Shown here: positions 1-9,182 of the stretch, piece after piece
How the letters are laid out: each line of letters starts with the position of its first letter
Numbering within the stretch: position 1 is the stretch's first letter
Assembly: GCA_027371665.1 (NCBI GenBank)
Contig: DAHXMP010000478.1
Span: forward strand, 1-38,521
Source: Bacteroidota bacterium
Lineage (GTDB): Bacteria > Bacteroidota > Ignavibacteria > Kapaibacteriales > UBA2268
Direction of reading: 5' to 3'
DNA: 38,521 bases
The notes under the pieces: generated by a model
What the model saw: the letters and a program-made list of their open reading frames with translations, nothing else
What the model was told of the DNA's origin: nothing
Databases searched by the model: none
Made by a program: the position numbers and the translations under genes

Positions 1-63
1 TCAGTCTTCGACTCCGCTCAGACTGACACTGTTAGTACATAATTATTAGATGATAAATAATCA

Positions 64-99
64 AGCCTGCCGTTCCTCATGTTTCGGCAGGCTTTTTTT
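64..99 (+). terminator. Rho-independent terminator for a + strand gene ending upstream or at the window edge
   Basis: 9-bp GC-rich stem agcctgccg (64-72) / cggcaggct (85-93), 12-nt loop, then a T7 run (93-99). Confidence 0.6.
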
Positions 100-128
100 C
101 ATTATAGGTTAATTGAATTATAAATTCA

Positions 129-136
129 TATCTTTG
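129..136 (+). promoter_or_regulatory. Candidate Bacteroidetes-type -7 promoter element (TAnnTTTG) for ampG
   Basis: Exact tatctttg, 33 nt upstream of the ATG at 169. Motif match only, no transcript evidence. Confidence 0.35.
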
Positions 137-168
137 CAAAATAATTTTTTTGATTAAATTTTAAAGCA

Positions 169-1476
169 ATGCCTGAAACAAAACCCGGCAGAAGAAATCC
201 CTGGCTTTTCGTGCCTACCCAGTATTTTGCCGAAGGCATCCCCTGGGTTCTCGTCAACCAGTTGTCTTCGGCAATGTATAAGTCTCTCCAGGCAACGAAT
301 GTATTCATCGGCTTCACGAGTTTCCTGTATCTGCCCTGGTCATTGAAGCTTTTCTGGGGACCTGTCGTTGACTCTTACCTCACGAAAAGGAAATGGGTAA
401 TCCTGATGCAGCTTGCCCTTGGCATCTGCTTTGTCCTGCTTGCTTCGGTGATTCATCTGAGCGGTTTTCTCCATATTTCATTAATCATTTTTACGATAAT
501 TGCCTTTCTTTCCGCAACCCACGACATAGCAACAGACGGCTTTTATCTCCATGCCCTCGACAACAAAGAGCAGGCTTTTTTCACGGGAATAAGAAGCACT
601 TTTTACAGGGTAGCAATGATATTTGCCGGAGGCTTGCTCGTTGCCGTTGCCGGTTGGCTCGGTGCAAGCACGGGGAATATCAAATTCGGATGGACAATCG
701 GCTTCGTTATAGCAGCTACGGTTTTTACGGGATTGTATATTTATCATACTCTCATTCTTCCTTATCCTGAAACCGATATGCCGGTAAAAGAAAAATCGGG
801 AAGAATGCCTTACAAGCAAATTTTTGCAGAATATTTCACCCAGAGAAAAATAGGCATTATTCTAGCATTTATACTCCTTTACCGCTTCGGCGAGGCAATG
901 CTCCTGAAAATGGTTCAGCCGTTTTTTCTCGATAAAGCCGTAGCCGGGGGGCTTGGCTTAGGTTTGAGCGAAGTCGGCATTTATTACGGGACTGTCGGAA
1001 TCATCGCCCTTCTTGCAGGCGGTATCCTTGGCGGCTGGCTGATTAAAAAATACAATCTGAAAAAGTTAATTTGGCTCTGTGCTTTTAGTATGAACATACC
1101 TGTCCTCTTATTTATTTATATGGCTGCGGCACATCCACTGAATTTAGTCAGTATTGATTTCAGTTGGCTATTCGGAGGCAGTGCAGTCCTGAGATTTCAC
1201 CCGGTTATTCAAACATGTATAATAATCGAACAATTCGGCTATGGTTTCGGTTTCACGGCATATATGGTTTATCTTCTTTACATTTCAAAGGGTAAGTATA
1301 AAACCTCGCATTATGCAATATCAACCGGAATAATGGCTGTCGGAATGATGGTCCCCGGCTTTATCAGCGGAGTAATTCAGCAGGCAGTCGGCTATCTATG
1401 GTTTTTCTCAATCAGTGCGGTTTTGACGATACCGGGCATGTTCGTAATCCTTTTTCTCCCCTTCGATTTTGAGTAA
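169..1476 (+). CDS. ampG: MFS transporter, AmpG family (muropeptide permease-like)
   Basis: 435-aa polytopic membrane ORF. N-terminal LPWSLKLFWGPVVDSY resembles the AmpG signature (E. coli FKFLWSPLMDRY). ATG start. Confidence 0.7.
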   Translation: MPETKPGRRNPWLFVPTQYFAEGIPWVLVNQLSSAMYKSLQATNVFIGFTSFLYLPWSLKLFWGPVVDSYLTKRKWVILMQLALGICFVLLASVIHLSGFLHISLIIFTIIAFLSATHDIATDGFYLHALDNKEQAFFTGIRSTFYRVAMIFAGGLLVAVAGWLGASTGNIKFGWTIGFVIAATVFTGLYIYHTLILPYPETDMPVKEKSGRMPYKQIFAEYFTQRKIGIILAFILLYRFGEAMLLKMVQPFFLDKAVAGGLGLGLSEVGIYYGTVGIIALLAGGILGGWLIKKYNLKKLIWLCAFSMNIPVLLFIYMAAAHPLNLVSIDFSWLFGGSAVLRFHPVIQTCIIIEQFGYGFGFTAYMVYLLYISKGKYKTSHYAISTGIMAVGMMVPGFISGVIQQAVGYLWFFSISAVLTIPGMFVILFLPFDFE

Positions 1477-1506
1477 TAGTTATCCGAATTTTTATTATAT
1501 TTATTT

Positions 1507-1590
1507 TGTTACAGATATTCAACTTCTATGGAGTTGTAGCAGGTCATGAGTAAGATTGATGTTACAGATATTCAACTCCTACGGAGTTGT
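1507..1590. repeat. Tandem direct repeat, 2 x 31 bp (1507-1537 and 1560-1590, period 53 bp, 29/31 identical), each with an internal hairpin
   Basis: tgttacagatattcaacttctatggagttgt versus tgttacagatattcaactcctacggagttgt. The internal inverted repeat caactcc-tac-ggagttg (1573-1589) is kept in copy 1 with a T:G (U:G) pair. Confidence 0.8.
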
Positions 1591-2422
1591 TGTTAAGGAG
1601 ATAAATCCGGGCATTAAAATCTCCATAATTAATAACCAAGATAATATGATAAAACTGGCTATACCAAAAAATAAAATATACGATGAACTTCTGATTGATT
1701 CTGAGAAAATCGGGAGTACGGACGGAATTGAAATAATCCGTGCAAACGAAAACGAATGTTCACGACTGATGCTTAATAACATGGTAAGTGCGGCACTGTT
1801 GACACCAATCGGCTACGGCAGCGGAATGTATCAGGCTGATTACAGGATTATTCCCGCTTCTGTACTTGTTTCGGAAGCCTATACTTCGCTGGCTTCCATT
1901 TTTTTTAAAAAGGACATGCGATTCGTAAAAAAATTCACTACTAATGCACCTGATGATTTTATAATAATTATCGGCAGGTTACTGCTCGCTGAAAAATACA
2001 ATCTTTTTCCCGAATCTGAGCACCGGGATTTAAGCGAAACGGAAATTATTAATACCAGCGAAACATCTATTGTCTGGGGAGGAAGCAAAGCCGGCGATAC
2101 GGCTCTCGACATAAGCGAAGAATGGCACGATATTCACGATTTGCCTCTTCCGCTCGCTTTCTGGGTATGCAGGGCAGAAGAACATCCCGAAAATTTAATT
2201 CAGATTATTGAAAGCATATCAGCAAAAAATTCCGAAAAAATTATTTCCGAACAAAACGGGCCCGGTAAAAAACATTTCCAGAGGCAGGGAAGATTGATAA
2301 TGAAATGGAACGAAGATATAGCACACGCCCTCGAATTAACAATGCACTTTCTTTATTATCACAGAATTTTTGCAGATATTCCCGCCGTAAAGGTTCTCGG
2401 CAGGGATGAAGAACACAAATAA
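1556..2422 (+). CDS. MqnA/MqnD-family protein (futalosine-pathway chorismate dehydratase-like, periplasmic-binding-protein fold)
   Basis: Pattern resembles MqnA: ...AALLTPIGYGS..., YRIIPASVLVSEAYTSLASIFF, and ALDISEEWHDIHDLPLPLAFWVCRAE (compare DLgeeW..tGLPFVFAvWa.R). Start is uncertain: TTG 1556, ATG 1559, or ATG 1646 (MIKLAIPK...). The longer forms overlap repeat copy 2. Confidence 0.5.
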   Translation: MMLQIFNSYGVVVKEINPGIKISIINNQDNMIKLAIPKNKIYDELLIDSEKIGSTDGIEIIRANENECSRLMLNNMVSAALLTPIGYGSGMYQADYRIIPASVLVSEAYTSLASIFFKKDMRFVKKFTTNAPDDFIIIIGRLLLAEKYNLFPESEHRDLSETEIINTSETSIVWGGSKAGDTALDISEEWHDIHDLPLPLAFWVCRAEEHPENLIQIIESISAKNSEKIISEQNGPGKKHFQRQGRLIMKWNEDIAHALELTMHFLYYHRIFADIPAVKVLGRDEEHK

Positions 2423-2425
2423 GAA

Positions 2426-3157
2426 TCAGAAATTATTATCGAGTATATTAGGGAGCATTGCCTTCCATGTTTTCCAATTATGACCGTATTCTTTTCCCCA
2501 TATACAAAGCTTATGCGGAATACCTTTTCCGTTCAAAATATCCGATAAGTGATTTGAGTTTTCGGGATATTCATTTTCACCGCTTCCGGAAAGAATATAG
2601 CAATGTTTTTTATTGACGAGGAAGGAGAGCCAGTAGCTGTCAGTTAGGTTCGGCAGATAATGTATCGGTGAATTGAAATAGCAGTTATCGTCAAAATAGC
2701 CTCTTGTATAATGCTCGATATTATATGTTCCGCTCATCGCAATCACGCCGTAAAGTATGTCGGGCCTTCGGAAATATGTGTTAGCAGCATGATATGCACC
2801 CATCGAAGCACCTGCCGCTATAATCGGTACAGGTCCTCCGCATTCGCCGAAAATAAAAGGTACGACTTCTTCTATAATGAAGTTATTATATTGATAATGC
2901 CTGTCAGACTTTTCCTTTGGAGTAATTTTGTCGTCCAGCCAGCTTTCATAATTTACACCGGGAACAGAAAATACTTTAAACTTCCCTTTATTGATTCCGT
3001 TAGAAATAGATTCGATTAATTCAAATTTTTCGTTTTCAAGATGGTCATCCGAAAATGTAGGGAACAGCAGAAGAGCAAATCCATATCTTCCGTAAACAGC
3101 AATTTCGATATTCTTTGACAAATGAGTACTCCTGAAGGAGTGTATTTCTTTTTGCAT
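2426..3157 (-). CDS. Alpha/beta-hydrolase, putative esterase family
   Basis: 243-aa ORF with nucleophile-elbow motif GASMG (IIAAGASMGAYHA) and overall esterase-family layout. Converges on the previous gene with a 3-nt gap. Confidence 0.65.
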   Translation of the reverse strand: MQKEIHSFRSTHLSKNIEIAVYGRYGFALLLFPTFSDDHLENEKFELIESISNGINKGKFKVFSVPGVNYESWLDDKITPKEKSDRHYQYNNFIIEEVVPFIFGECGGPVPIIAAGASMGAYHAANTYFRRPDILYGVIAMSGTYNIEHYTRGYFDDNCYFNSPIHYLPNLTDSYWLSFLVNKKHCYILSGSGENEYPENSNHLSDILNGKGIPHKLCIWGKEYGHNWKTWKAMLPNILDNNF

Positions 3158-3241
3158 AAATTTTTAGAGGATATTAATAATTTTTTTTTATAATATTTAT
3201 AAAACGTATTAAACATTTTTTAGTGTATGTTAACGAAATTT

Positions 3242-3928
3242 TCAAACTTCAAAATCCGGTGCATATGGAAATCTCTCGTCAATAAATAGAAGAAGGCTCC
3301 CTTCGTGGATTGTTATCCCGAAATTACCTGTTACTGCAATGTTCCTTGCACCTTCCCTTCTGCCAAGCTCCAAAATTTCGTTTTTAAGTTCCCATTTTAA
3401 TCCTTTTGTAGATAATAATGTCCGCTGCTGAGGTAGTAAAGACACCAACTCGCCCTTTTTCAAATCCATGGTGAAAGAGTTAAAAACAGGTATTCCATAA
3501 CGTTTTTTGTCATAAATGCATAGATTCATTTCTCTGGCGAAACGCATTAACACACTCCAGTTATTTAGCGTATGTTCGAGTTCGCCGCCATGAAAGCCGA
3601 ATACCAGTAGTTTATTAAATCCTTTCTTTTTTGCGAATCGCAAAACTTTCTCAAAATCGTTGGTTTCCTGCTCCGTTTCCTTTATGATTTTCGATTTATC
3701 GCTGATTGAAGCAGAGAGTGGATTAGTATAAAATGTATCGAGGTCCCCGACGACGAAATCGGGCATGATATCCATTTTAATCAGCTTGATTGCGGCTCCA
3801 TCGGCAGCCAGCAATGGAATTTCAGGGAATTTTGAAAATATAGGTTTACCCGGTAGTTTTGTGTCGAGGCAAATTATCGCATCAAATCTCTTTTTCCCAA
3901 ATGTTATTTTATTTAATCTCTTTTGCAT
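3242..3928 (-). CDS. Thiamine pyrophosphokinase (thiamine diphosphokinase)
   Basis: LLAADGAAIKL...MPDFVVGDLDTF and ETNDFEKVL...FGFHGGELEHTLNN match the TPK motifs (AaDgGa...Pd.vvGDfDS; DqD.TDfekAl; G..GgRlDHtlaN). Confidence 0.7.
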   Translation of the reverse strand: MQKRLNKITFGKKRFDAIICLDTKLPGKPIFSKFPEIPLLAADGAAIKLIKMDIMPDFVVGDLDTFYTNPLSASISDKSKIIKETEQETNDFEKVLRFAKKKGFNKLLVFGFHGGELEHTLNNWSVLMRFAREMNLCIYDKKRYGIPVFNSFTMDLKKGELVSLLPQQRTLLSTKGLKWELKNEILELGRREGARNIAVTGNFGITIHEGSLLLFIDERFPYAPDFEV

Positions 3929-3931
3929 AAT

Positions 3932-4957
3932 TCATTTATCTATGATGAGTTCATAGTTGCCGTAAAAATTTTTCCTCATTTCGAAATCTCTGTACCTGCC
4001 ATTTTTGAATGCAGTTATCAAATCTACAATAGAATTTTCAATTCTGAATTTTGGCTTGAAGTCCAATTCTTTTAAAATTTTACCGAATGAAACTCTGTAA
4101 TTTCTCGGGTCGAAGCCACCCTCCCTGTATTTTACCTTCCCGTCCGGAATGAACTTCAATATTTTATCAACAATCATTTTCTTTGTATAATTTTCTTCGT
4201 TGCTACCGACGTTATAAACCTTGCCGCGGATTTTGTCGCCGGGTGTTTCCAATGCTTTAATGATTGCATCGGAGATGTCCGATATGTGGCAGTAAGGGCG
4301 CCAGGTATTTTCATCGTAAACGAGAAGTTCATTACCTAAAGCAAGTTCCCTCGTAAACTCTGAAATTGTCAGGTCGAACCTCATTCTTTCCGAAATTCCG
4401 TAAGCAGTGGCACACCTTAGAATTACAGGACAAAAGTTAAATTCATCTTTATTAGCCAGGATAAAATTTTCAACAGCTACTTTATTTTTTGCATAAATTG
4501 ACTGGGGATTTAATCCTGAATTTTCATCGGCTGGAGTATCGTCTGTTCTTAAGCCGTAATTACTGCATGTAGATAAAAAAATGAATTTATCAATTTTCAG
4601 GTTTTTTATATGGTTTATCAATTTTATGGGGCCGTACTCGTTGATTTTTACCGCAATCTCAGGGTATTTTTTGCTGATTGGGTCACCGACAAGTGCGGCA
4701 AGTAAAATTACAGAGCTTGTATTATCGAGTGCTGTTTTTATCGTTCCGTCATCGGTAAAATCTCCCTGAATGAAAGTGAAATCGGGATTCTCACTTAATG
4801 CTGCAATTGATGAAAAATTGTCATAAAGAAGATAATCGAGAACCTTAACTTTATAATTTTGCATCAGAAGCTTTCGAACAAGCACCGAACCTATGTAGCC
4901 TGCACCGCCTATAACGATAATTTTTCCGGTTTTATCCCGTTCTTCAGTAGTATTCAT
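3932..4957 (-). CDS. NAD-dependent sugar epimerase/dehydratase (extended SDR)
   Basis: Rossmann motif IGGAGYIGSVLVRKLL near the N-terminus and a YxxxK motif (YAKNK). 341 aa, typical for the family. Confidence 0.8.
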   Translation of the reverse strand: MNTTEERDKTGKIIVIGGAGYIGSVLVRKLLMQNYKVKVLDYLLYDNFSSIAALSENPDFTFIQGDFTDDGTIKTALDNTSSVILLAALVGDPISKKYPEIAVKINEYGPIKLINHIKNLKIDKFIFLSTCSNYGLRTDDTPADENSGLNPQSIYAKNKVAVENFILANKDEFNFCPVILRCATAYGISERMRFDLTISEFTRELALGNELLVYDENTWRPYCHISDISDAIIKALETPGDKIRGKVYNVGSNEENYTKKMIVDKILKFIPDGKVKYREGGFDPRNYRVSFGKILKELDFKPKFRIENSIVDLITAFKNGRYRDFEMRKNFYGNYELIIDK

Positions 4958-4994
4958 ATTAATGACAGTAATTCATATCACAAATTCAATTGAT

Positions 4995-5660
4995 TTAATA
5001 TTCTGTTTTCCTGAAATAAACCGGTATGTGGCTGAAAGTGAATTTGCTCATTTTAATTTTTTTCCCGGCAAAGAATTCATCTACTGCTCTCGTTTCTCCA
5101 AATACGGTTGAATAGTCATCGAGAACAATCAATCCCGATGGAATGACTTTGTCGTATAAATTTTTCAGAATTGTCATAGTCGGTTCATAAACATCAACGT
5201 CAATGTGAAGCATAGCGATTTTCAATTGGGGATTATTATTAACATAAATAGGAACGGTTTTGTTAATATCGCCTTTGATTAGTTCAAAATTTGTGATGTT
5301 TTTAAATTGAAGCACTTTTTTCAATTCCGAGTCTGAAATTCCCATGCCCGACGATTTGTCATGCTCCCTGGCATACTTGTCGTCTTCCAAATTTTCCTGT
5401 TTAGGAAATTTGCCGAATGCATCGAAGCCGATTATTTTTCTTGAGTGAGTACTTTCGAACAAGTTACGGAATGTTGCAAAACGTAAAAATGAGGCTCCTT
5501 TGAAGACACCACATTCAACAATATGACCGGGAAGATTCATAATCTGTAAATACAGCCTGTAATGAGCGAGGAACTTGCCTGTTCTCTTTATATCGGATGT
5601 CAGGTAAAATCCGTTCTCGTAATCGAAAGCTTTTTTCGTATCATAATTGAATAGTTTCAT
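4995..5660 (-). CDS. Class I SAM-dependent methyltransferase, TylF/MycF (macrocin O-methyltransferase) family
   Basis: ECGVFKGASF SAM-binding motif and the metal-binding HIDVDVYEPT motif typical of the TylF family. Confidence 0.65.
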   Translation of the reverse strand: MKLFNYDTKKAFDYENGFYLTSDIKRTGKFLAHYRLYLQIMNLPGHIVECGVFKGASFLRFATFRNLFESTHSRKIIGFDAFGKFPKQENLEDDKYAREHDKSSGMGISDSELKKVLQFKNITNFELIKGDINKTVPIYVNNNPQLKIAMLHIDVDVYEPTMTILKNLYDKVIPSGLIVLDDYSTVFGETRAVDEFFAGKKIKMSKFTFSHIPVYFRKTEY

Positions 5661-5801
5661 AAATAATCCCAGAATAATTGTACATTAACAATGCAAGTTA
5701 AAAACTTTATTATTGGTATGCAAAGGATTAATTCGCCTTGTAATTATAATGAATTTTACCGGATAGGAGAGATAAAAGAATTGAAATTAATATGTATTTG
5801 A

Positions 5802-6884
5802 TTACTTTTTCATTATTCTGATTAGCATGTCCTGCATTAAGTAAAGACTGTCAACAGATACTGATTTAAGTTTTTCGTCAGTTTCGCACATTATTGAAAA
5901 TGCATTTTCGATTTCAGAAGGTTTATAAAAGCTCAAAGCTTGAAGATATTCATTAACAAAATATGGGCTGATGCCGACTTTGGTAGCGAGCTGGAATTGA
6001 TTGTTTGTTTTTCCGGACTCTTCGATTAATTTCCATAATGCAAAAAAATATCTTGTTAGCATAGTCATAATCAACATTTCCTGCCGGTCGGCTTCAAGCA
6101 TGTTTTCAAGAGTTTTCAAAGCTTCGGGGAGACGCCTTTTACCGATAGCTTTTTGAAGCTCGAATATATTATTTACCCGCGAGGAACCGATAACAAAATG
6201 AATATCTTCCATGCTGATTTCATCCTTGTCCCCTGAGTAAGTCAGTAACTTTTCAATTTCACCGTTTAACTCCCTTAAAGATGGATTGGTCTGGGCAACA
6301 AGCAATTCCAGGGCTTCGGGTTCAATTTTTTTACCTAATTCCTTAATTCTTTTGGCTACCCACTGAGGCATTTCTGATTCATAAACCTTTGGAAATTCCA
6401 TCCACTCATGCTTTTCGAGAAGTGAATTATAGGGAAATTTGGTATCTTTGATAAGTTTATCTAATTTTGCTTTACTTTTATAAGAATTTGCAAAACCCTT
6501 CAGTTTATCGTCAATAGATAGAAGAACCAGAAATGTTGAATTATTAGGCGATTCCATATAATTCAGGAATTTTACATATTCGTTAGATTTTGTCGAAGTC
6601 CTGCCGCTGAAAAGGCTTTCAAATCTTTTAACTGCAACCGTTCGTCTTTGTGAAAGGAAAGGCAGATTGTTACAGCTATCCATTATTGTATCAATTGCTG
6701 TGGAAGGTTTCATTTCGTCAATATCAAATATTTCCAGGTCATATTTCGAACCTTCGTCAGGGCAGACAATACCTATCAGTTTTTTATATGATTCTTCAAC
6801 AAGAAAATCCTCTTCGCCGAAGAGCAGCAGAATCGGCGGCAGTTCTTTCATTTCGAATAATTGTCCTATATTTTCAATCATCAA
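5802..6884 (-). CDS. holA: DNA polymerase III delta subunit
   Basis: 360 aa. N-terminal PPILLLFGEEDFLVEE is the usual HolA start, and the C-terminal helical domain is typical of HolA. Confidence 0.75.
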   Translation of the reverse strand: MMIENIGQLFEMKELPPILLLFGEEDFLVEESYKKLIGIVCPDEGSKYDLEIFDIDEMKPSTAIDTIMDSCNNLPFLSQRRTVAVKRFESLFSGRTSTKSNEYVKFLNYMESPNNSTFLVLLSIDDKLKGFANSYKSKAKLDKLIKDTKFPYNSLLEKHEWMEFPKVYESEMPQWVAKRIKELGKKIEPEALELLVAQTNPSLRELNGEIEKLLTYSGDKDEISMEDIHFVIGSSRVNNIFELQKAIGKRRLPEALKTLENMLEADRQEMLIMTMLTRYFFALWKLIEESGKTNNQFQLATKVGISPYFVNEYLQALSFYKPSEIENAFSIMCETDEKLKSVSVDSLYLMQDMLIRIMKK

Positions 6885-6889
6885 AGCCT

Positions 6890-7309
6890 CTAAAGCATTT
6901 TAAAGCTGACATCTTTATCAGGTAAAGAAGATATTATCTTTTCAAACTTTTTTAGGATATTATCCGGTGTGTTATCCTTCAAAATATAATCTGTAATATG
7001 TAATTCTGCAAGCTCGACAATGAGCTCTTTATTAGTAAGGACGGTACAGGCTACTACGGGTATGTTTTTAGTAAGTGGCTCCTGTCTTAATATTCTCAAA
7101 GCCGTCAGTCCGTCCATATATGGCATTTCCATATCGAGCACAATCAGTGAAGGGATTTTTGTTTTTAGAAAATCAAATGCTTCCCTCGGGTCGCTAGCTT
7201 CATGGACTGATAATTTGAGTTTTTTCTCAAGAATGGTACGCAAATAGGTCCTGAAAGCCTTGTTGTCATCAACTATTAATATATCATGCTGCCAAAATTC
7301 CCCGCTCAT
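6890..7309 (-). CDS. Single-domain response regulator (CheY-like receiver)
   Basis: ILIVDD acidic pocket, phospho-acceptor context LIVLDMEMPYMDG, downstream conserved T and K positions. 139 aa with no output domain. Confidence 0.85.
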   Translation of the reverse strand: MSGEFWQHDILIVDDNKAFRTYLRTILEKKLKLSVHEASDPREAFDFLKTKIPSLIVLDMEMPYMDGLTALRILRQEPLTKNIPVVACTVLTNKELIVELAELHITDYILKDNTPDNILKKFEKIISSLPDKDVSFKML

Positions 7310-7372
7310 TTTTTCCCTCTATAAAAAAATTTTAATATCATTTTTGAAAAAATTATCATCGAATTAATCTGT

Positions 7373-8323
7373 TTATAATTGCTCAATTTTATAAGTTCCT
7401 TTATCGTTTAATAATTTAATGATACCCTTGTTCCCGATAATATGCCCTGCACCGACAACGACAAAATATTTACCGCCATTTTCAAGAAAGTTTTCTATTT
7501 TGCTTTCCATTTTCTTATTTCTGTCGTCAAAAAGTTTTTTAAGGATTTCTTTTAAATTTGGTTCGTTTTCGTTTGGAATGTTCATCAGTTCTTCAAATGT
7601 TTTTGTATCACCTTTTTCCCAGGCATTATACAGCTCATCAACATTTTCTACGGTATTCTTCATGTCTTCGAGTGAGTATTTAACAAAATCATCGGGAAAT
7701 TTATCTATATCGTCGAAAAGGTTCATCTGCTCATCTGCGGTTTCAAGCTCGAGAATCCTTTTTTCATCGGCTTTATCGAGAAAATGTTTGTCAATTCCGT
7801 ATTTTTCGTCGTAACCGTTTGCTTTAAGTTCCATATCAATGAGTATAGTAGCGGCTAACCAGGGTTTTACCTTATTGAAATTGGTTATCGGGATTTTAAA
7901 TTGGGCGAATTTTTCTTTAAGCAAATCAAAGGTTTCCTTTGAAACATTCATCTCGAGTGTGTTGCTGTCCTGGTACATAGCTTTTTTCAGCAGTTCCAAA
8001 GGCTTAACATTATTAATATTAATTTCGACAACGAGATTGTCCGATCCGTCGAAAGCATTCTCGATTTTTTTATCGAGTGGATAAAGGTTCTGCCTTGCAA
8101 TATGAATTGAGCCGAGAAGATAAACAGTTGCTTTACCGGAAGTGATTTTCCACATGAATATCTTGTCTTTACCGCTATGCTGAACCGTCGAGCAGGAGAT
8201 AATAATTAAAAACAGAAGATATAATAATAATCTGACCTTGAATTTTCCCTCTGCAAGAGAAATTAAATGTGCGTACAATTTTCTCTTTAAATTCAATCCG
8301 TAACTTTTCATATTTATCTGCAA
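7373..8323 (-). CDS. TraB/GumN family protein, with N-terminal membrane or signal segment
   Basis: LLGSIHI near the N-terminus and VVVGAGHIIG near the C-terminus are the family hallmarks. The track start is TTG 8323; ATG 8311 (MKSYGL...) is more likely. Confidence 0.75.
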   Translation of the reverse strand: MQINMKSYGLNLKRKLYAHLISLAEGKFKVRLLLYLLFLIIISCSTVQHSGKDKIFMWKITSGKATVYLLGSIHIARQNLYPLDKKIENAFDGSDNLVVEININNVKPLELLKKAMYQDSNTLEMNVSKETFDLLKEKFAQFKIPITNFNKVKPWLAATILIDMELKANGYDEKYGIDKHFLDKADEKRILELETADEQMNLFDDIDKFPDDFVKYSLEDMKNTVENVDELYNAWEKGDTKTFEELMNIPNENEPNLKEILKKLFDDRNKKMESKIENFLENGGKYFVVVGAGHIIGNKGIIKLLNDKGTYKIEQL

Positions 8324-8350
8324 TGATAATTCTTCAATTCAACTAACTTA

Positions 8351-8358
8351 CAAAAATA
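8351..8358 (-). promoter_or_regulatory. Candidate -7 promoter element (TAnnTTTG) for the TraB/GumN gene
   Basis: + strand caaaaata equals tatttttg on the - strand, 28-40 nt upstream of the start. Confidence 0.3.
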
Positions 8359-8911
8359 GCAATGAGAATTAGAGAAAAAAAGCCATTAGAAGTTAGATTC
8401 CTTTAGAAAAAATTTCTAAAATCTAATTTCAGGGAAAGGAACAAAATTAAAGTTGGCAGAATTAATTTCAAATTAACCTTTTGAAGTTGAGAGATGTTGA
8501 AATGAAAAAAATAAAAATTTAAATTTTTTCAAAAAATTATTTTTTCTTTTATATCATGCCAAACTTTAACCTATAAGGATTTCGGCTTTGATGAAAAACT
8601 TTGGAACATTACTTCAGATATTATGAAAAATCCGGATAAGCTTATGGACATCAATAGATGTTACTCGATTTGTATGATGATTAATATATTGGAGATATAT
8701 TCAGCGAACATTCAAAAGATTCAGCTTTGATTATGGTATTAATTTTATAAATCAAAAAAAATTTTCCAAAAAAAAGGTATTTCTGTAATAAAAATGAGTG
8801 TGTATGATACTAATCATGCTGTTTTATATAAATAGCATTTTAAATATCAAGGATTGAAATTTGAAGAATTATATGGATTTGGGATAGAAAAGAAAGGTCA
8901 AGGAATTTATT

Positions 8912-9097
8912 ATGATTTTATTGAAATTAAAGGAAAATTTTATATTTTATGTATCGAGAAATAATCATTATCAATTGGATATGATAAATGAAAAGAAAAT
9001 CAATATAGGAGTAAAGCAGTACGATCCTACAACAGGGCGTTTCCTCAGCCCCGACCCGCTGACAGAGAAGCATGAAAATTTATCAAAAAATAATTGA
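8912..9097 (+). pseudogene. Relic of an RHS/YD-repeat protein gene (only the YDPxxGRFxxxDP core motif region survives)
   Basis: 61-aa ORF ends ...GVKQYDPTTGRFLSPDPLTEKHENLSKNN*. YDPTTGRFLSPDPL (9020-9061) matches the YD-repeat / RHS core motif (compare RYYDPxxGRFLSxDPL). That patch is visibly GC-richer than its AT-rich, stop-riddled surroundings. No RHS body lies upstream. Confidence 0.5.
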
Positions 9098-9182
9098 TTG
9101 TATATAATTGCATTAGCTATTTTATCATATAAGCACTATTTTACAAGTCGTGCCGTTATATTGAAAAATTATTTGTTAGATT

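Noticed and set aside
393-819. ORFs of 125 aa (+) and 112 aa (-) inside ampG
   Set aside because: They lie entirely within the much longer ampG frame and are Arg/Cys/Ser-rich, as expected for off-frame translation. I recognise no motifs in them.
1507-1590. Possible CRISPR array
   Set aside because: There are only two repeat copies and one ~22-nt spacer, with no cas genes in the window. It does not meet any reasonable array definition, so it is reported as a hairpin repeat instead.
7419-8084. ORFs of 131 aa and 81 aa antisense to the TraB/GumN gene
   Set aside because: They are Ser/Phe/Leu-rich and low in complexity, which is typical of antisense reading of an AT-rich, Lys/Glu/Asn-rich gene. 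The sense ORF has clear family motifs.
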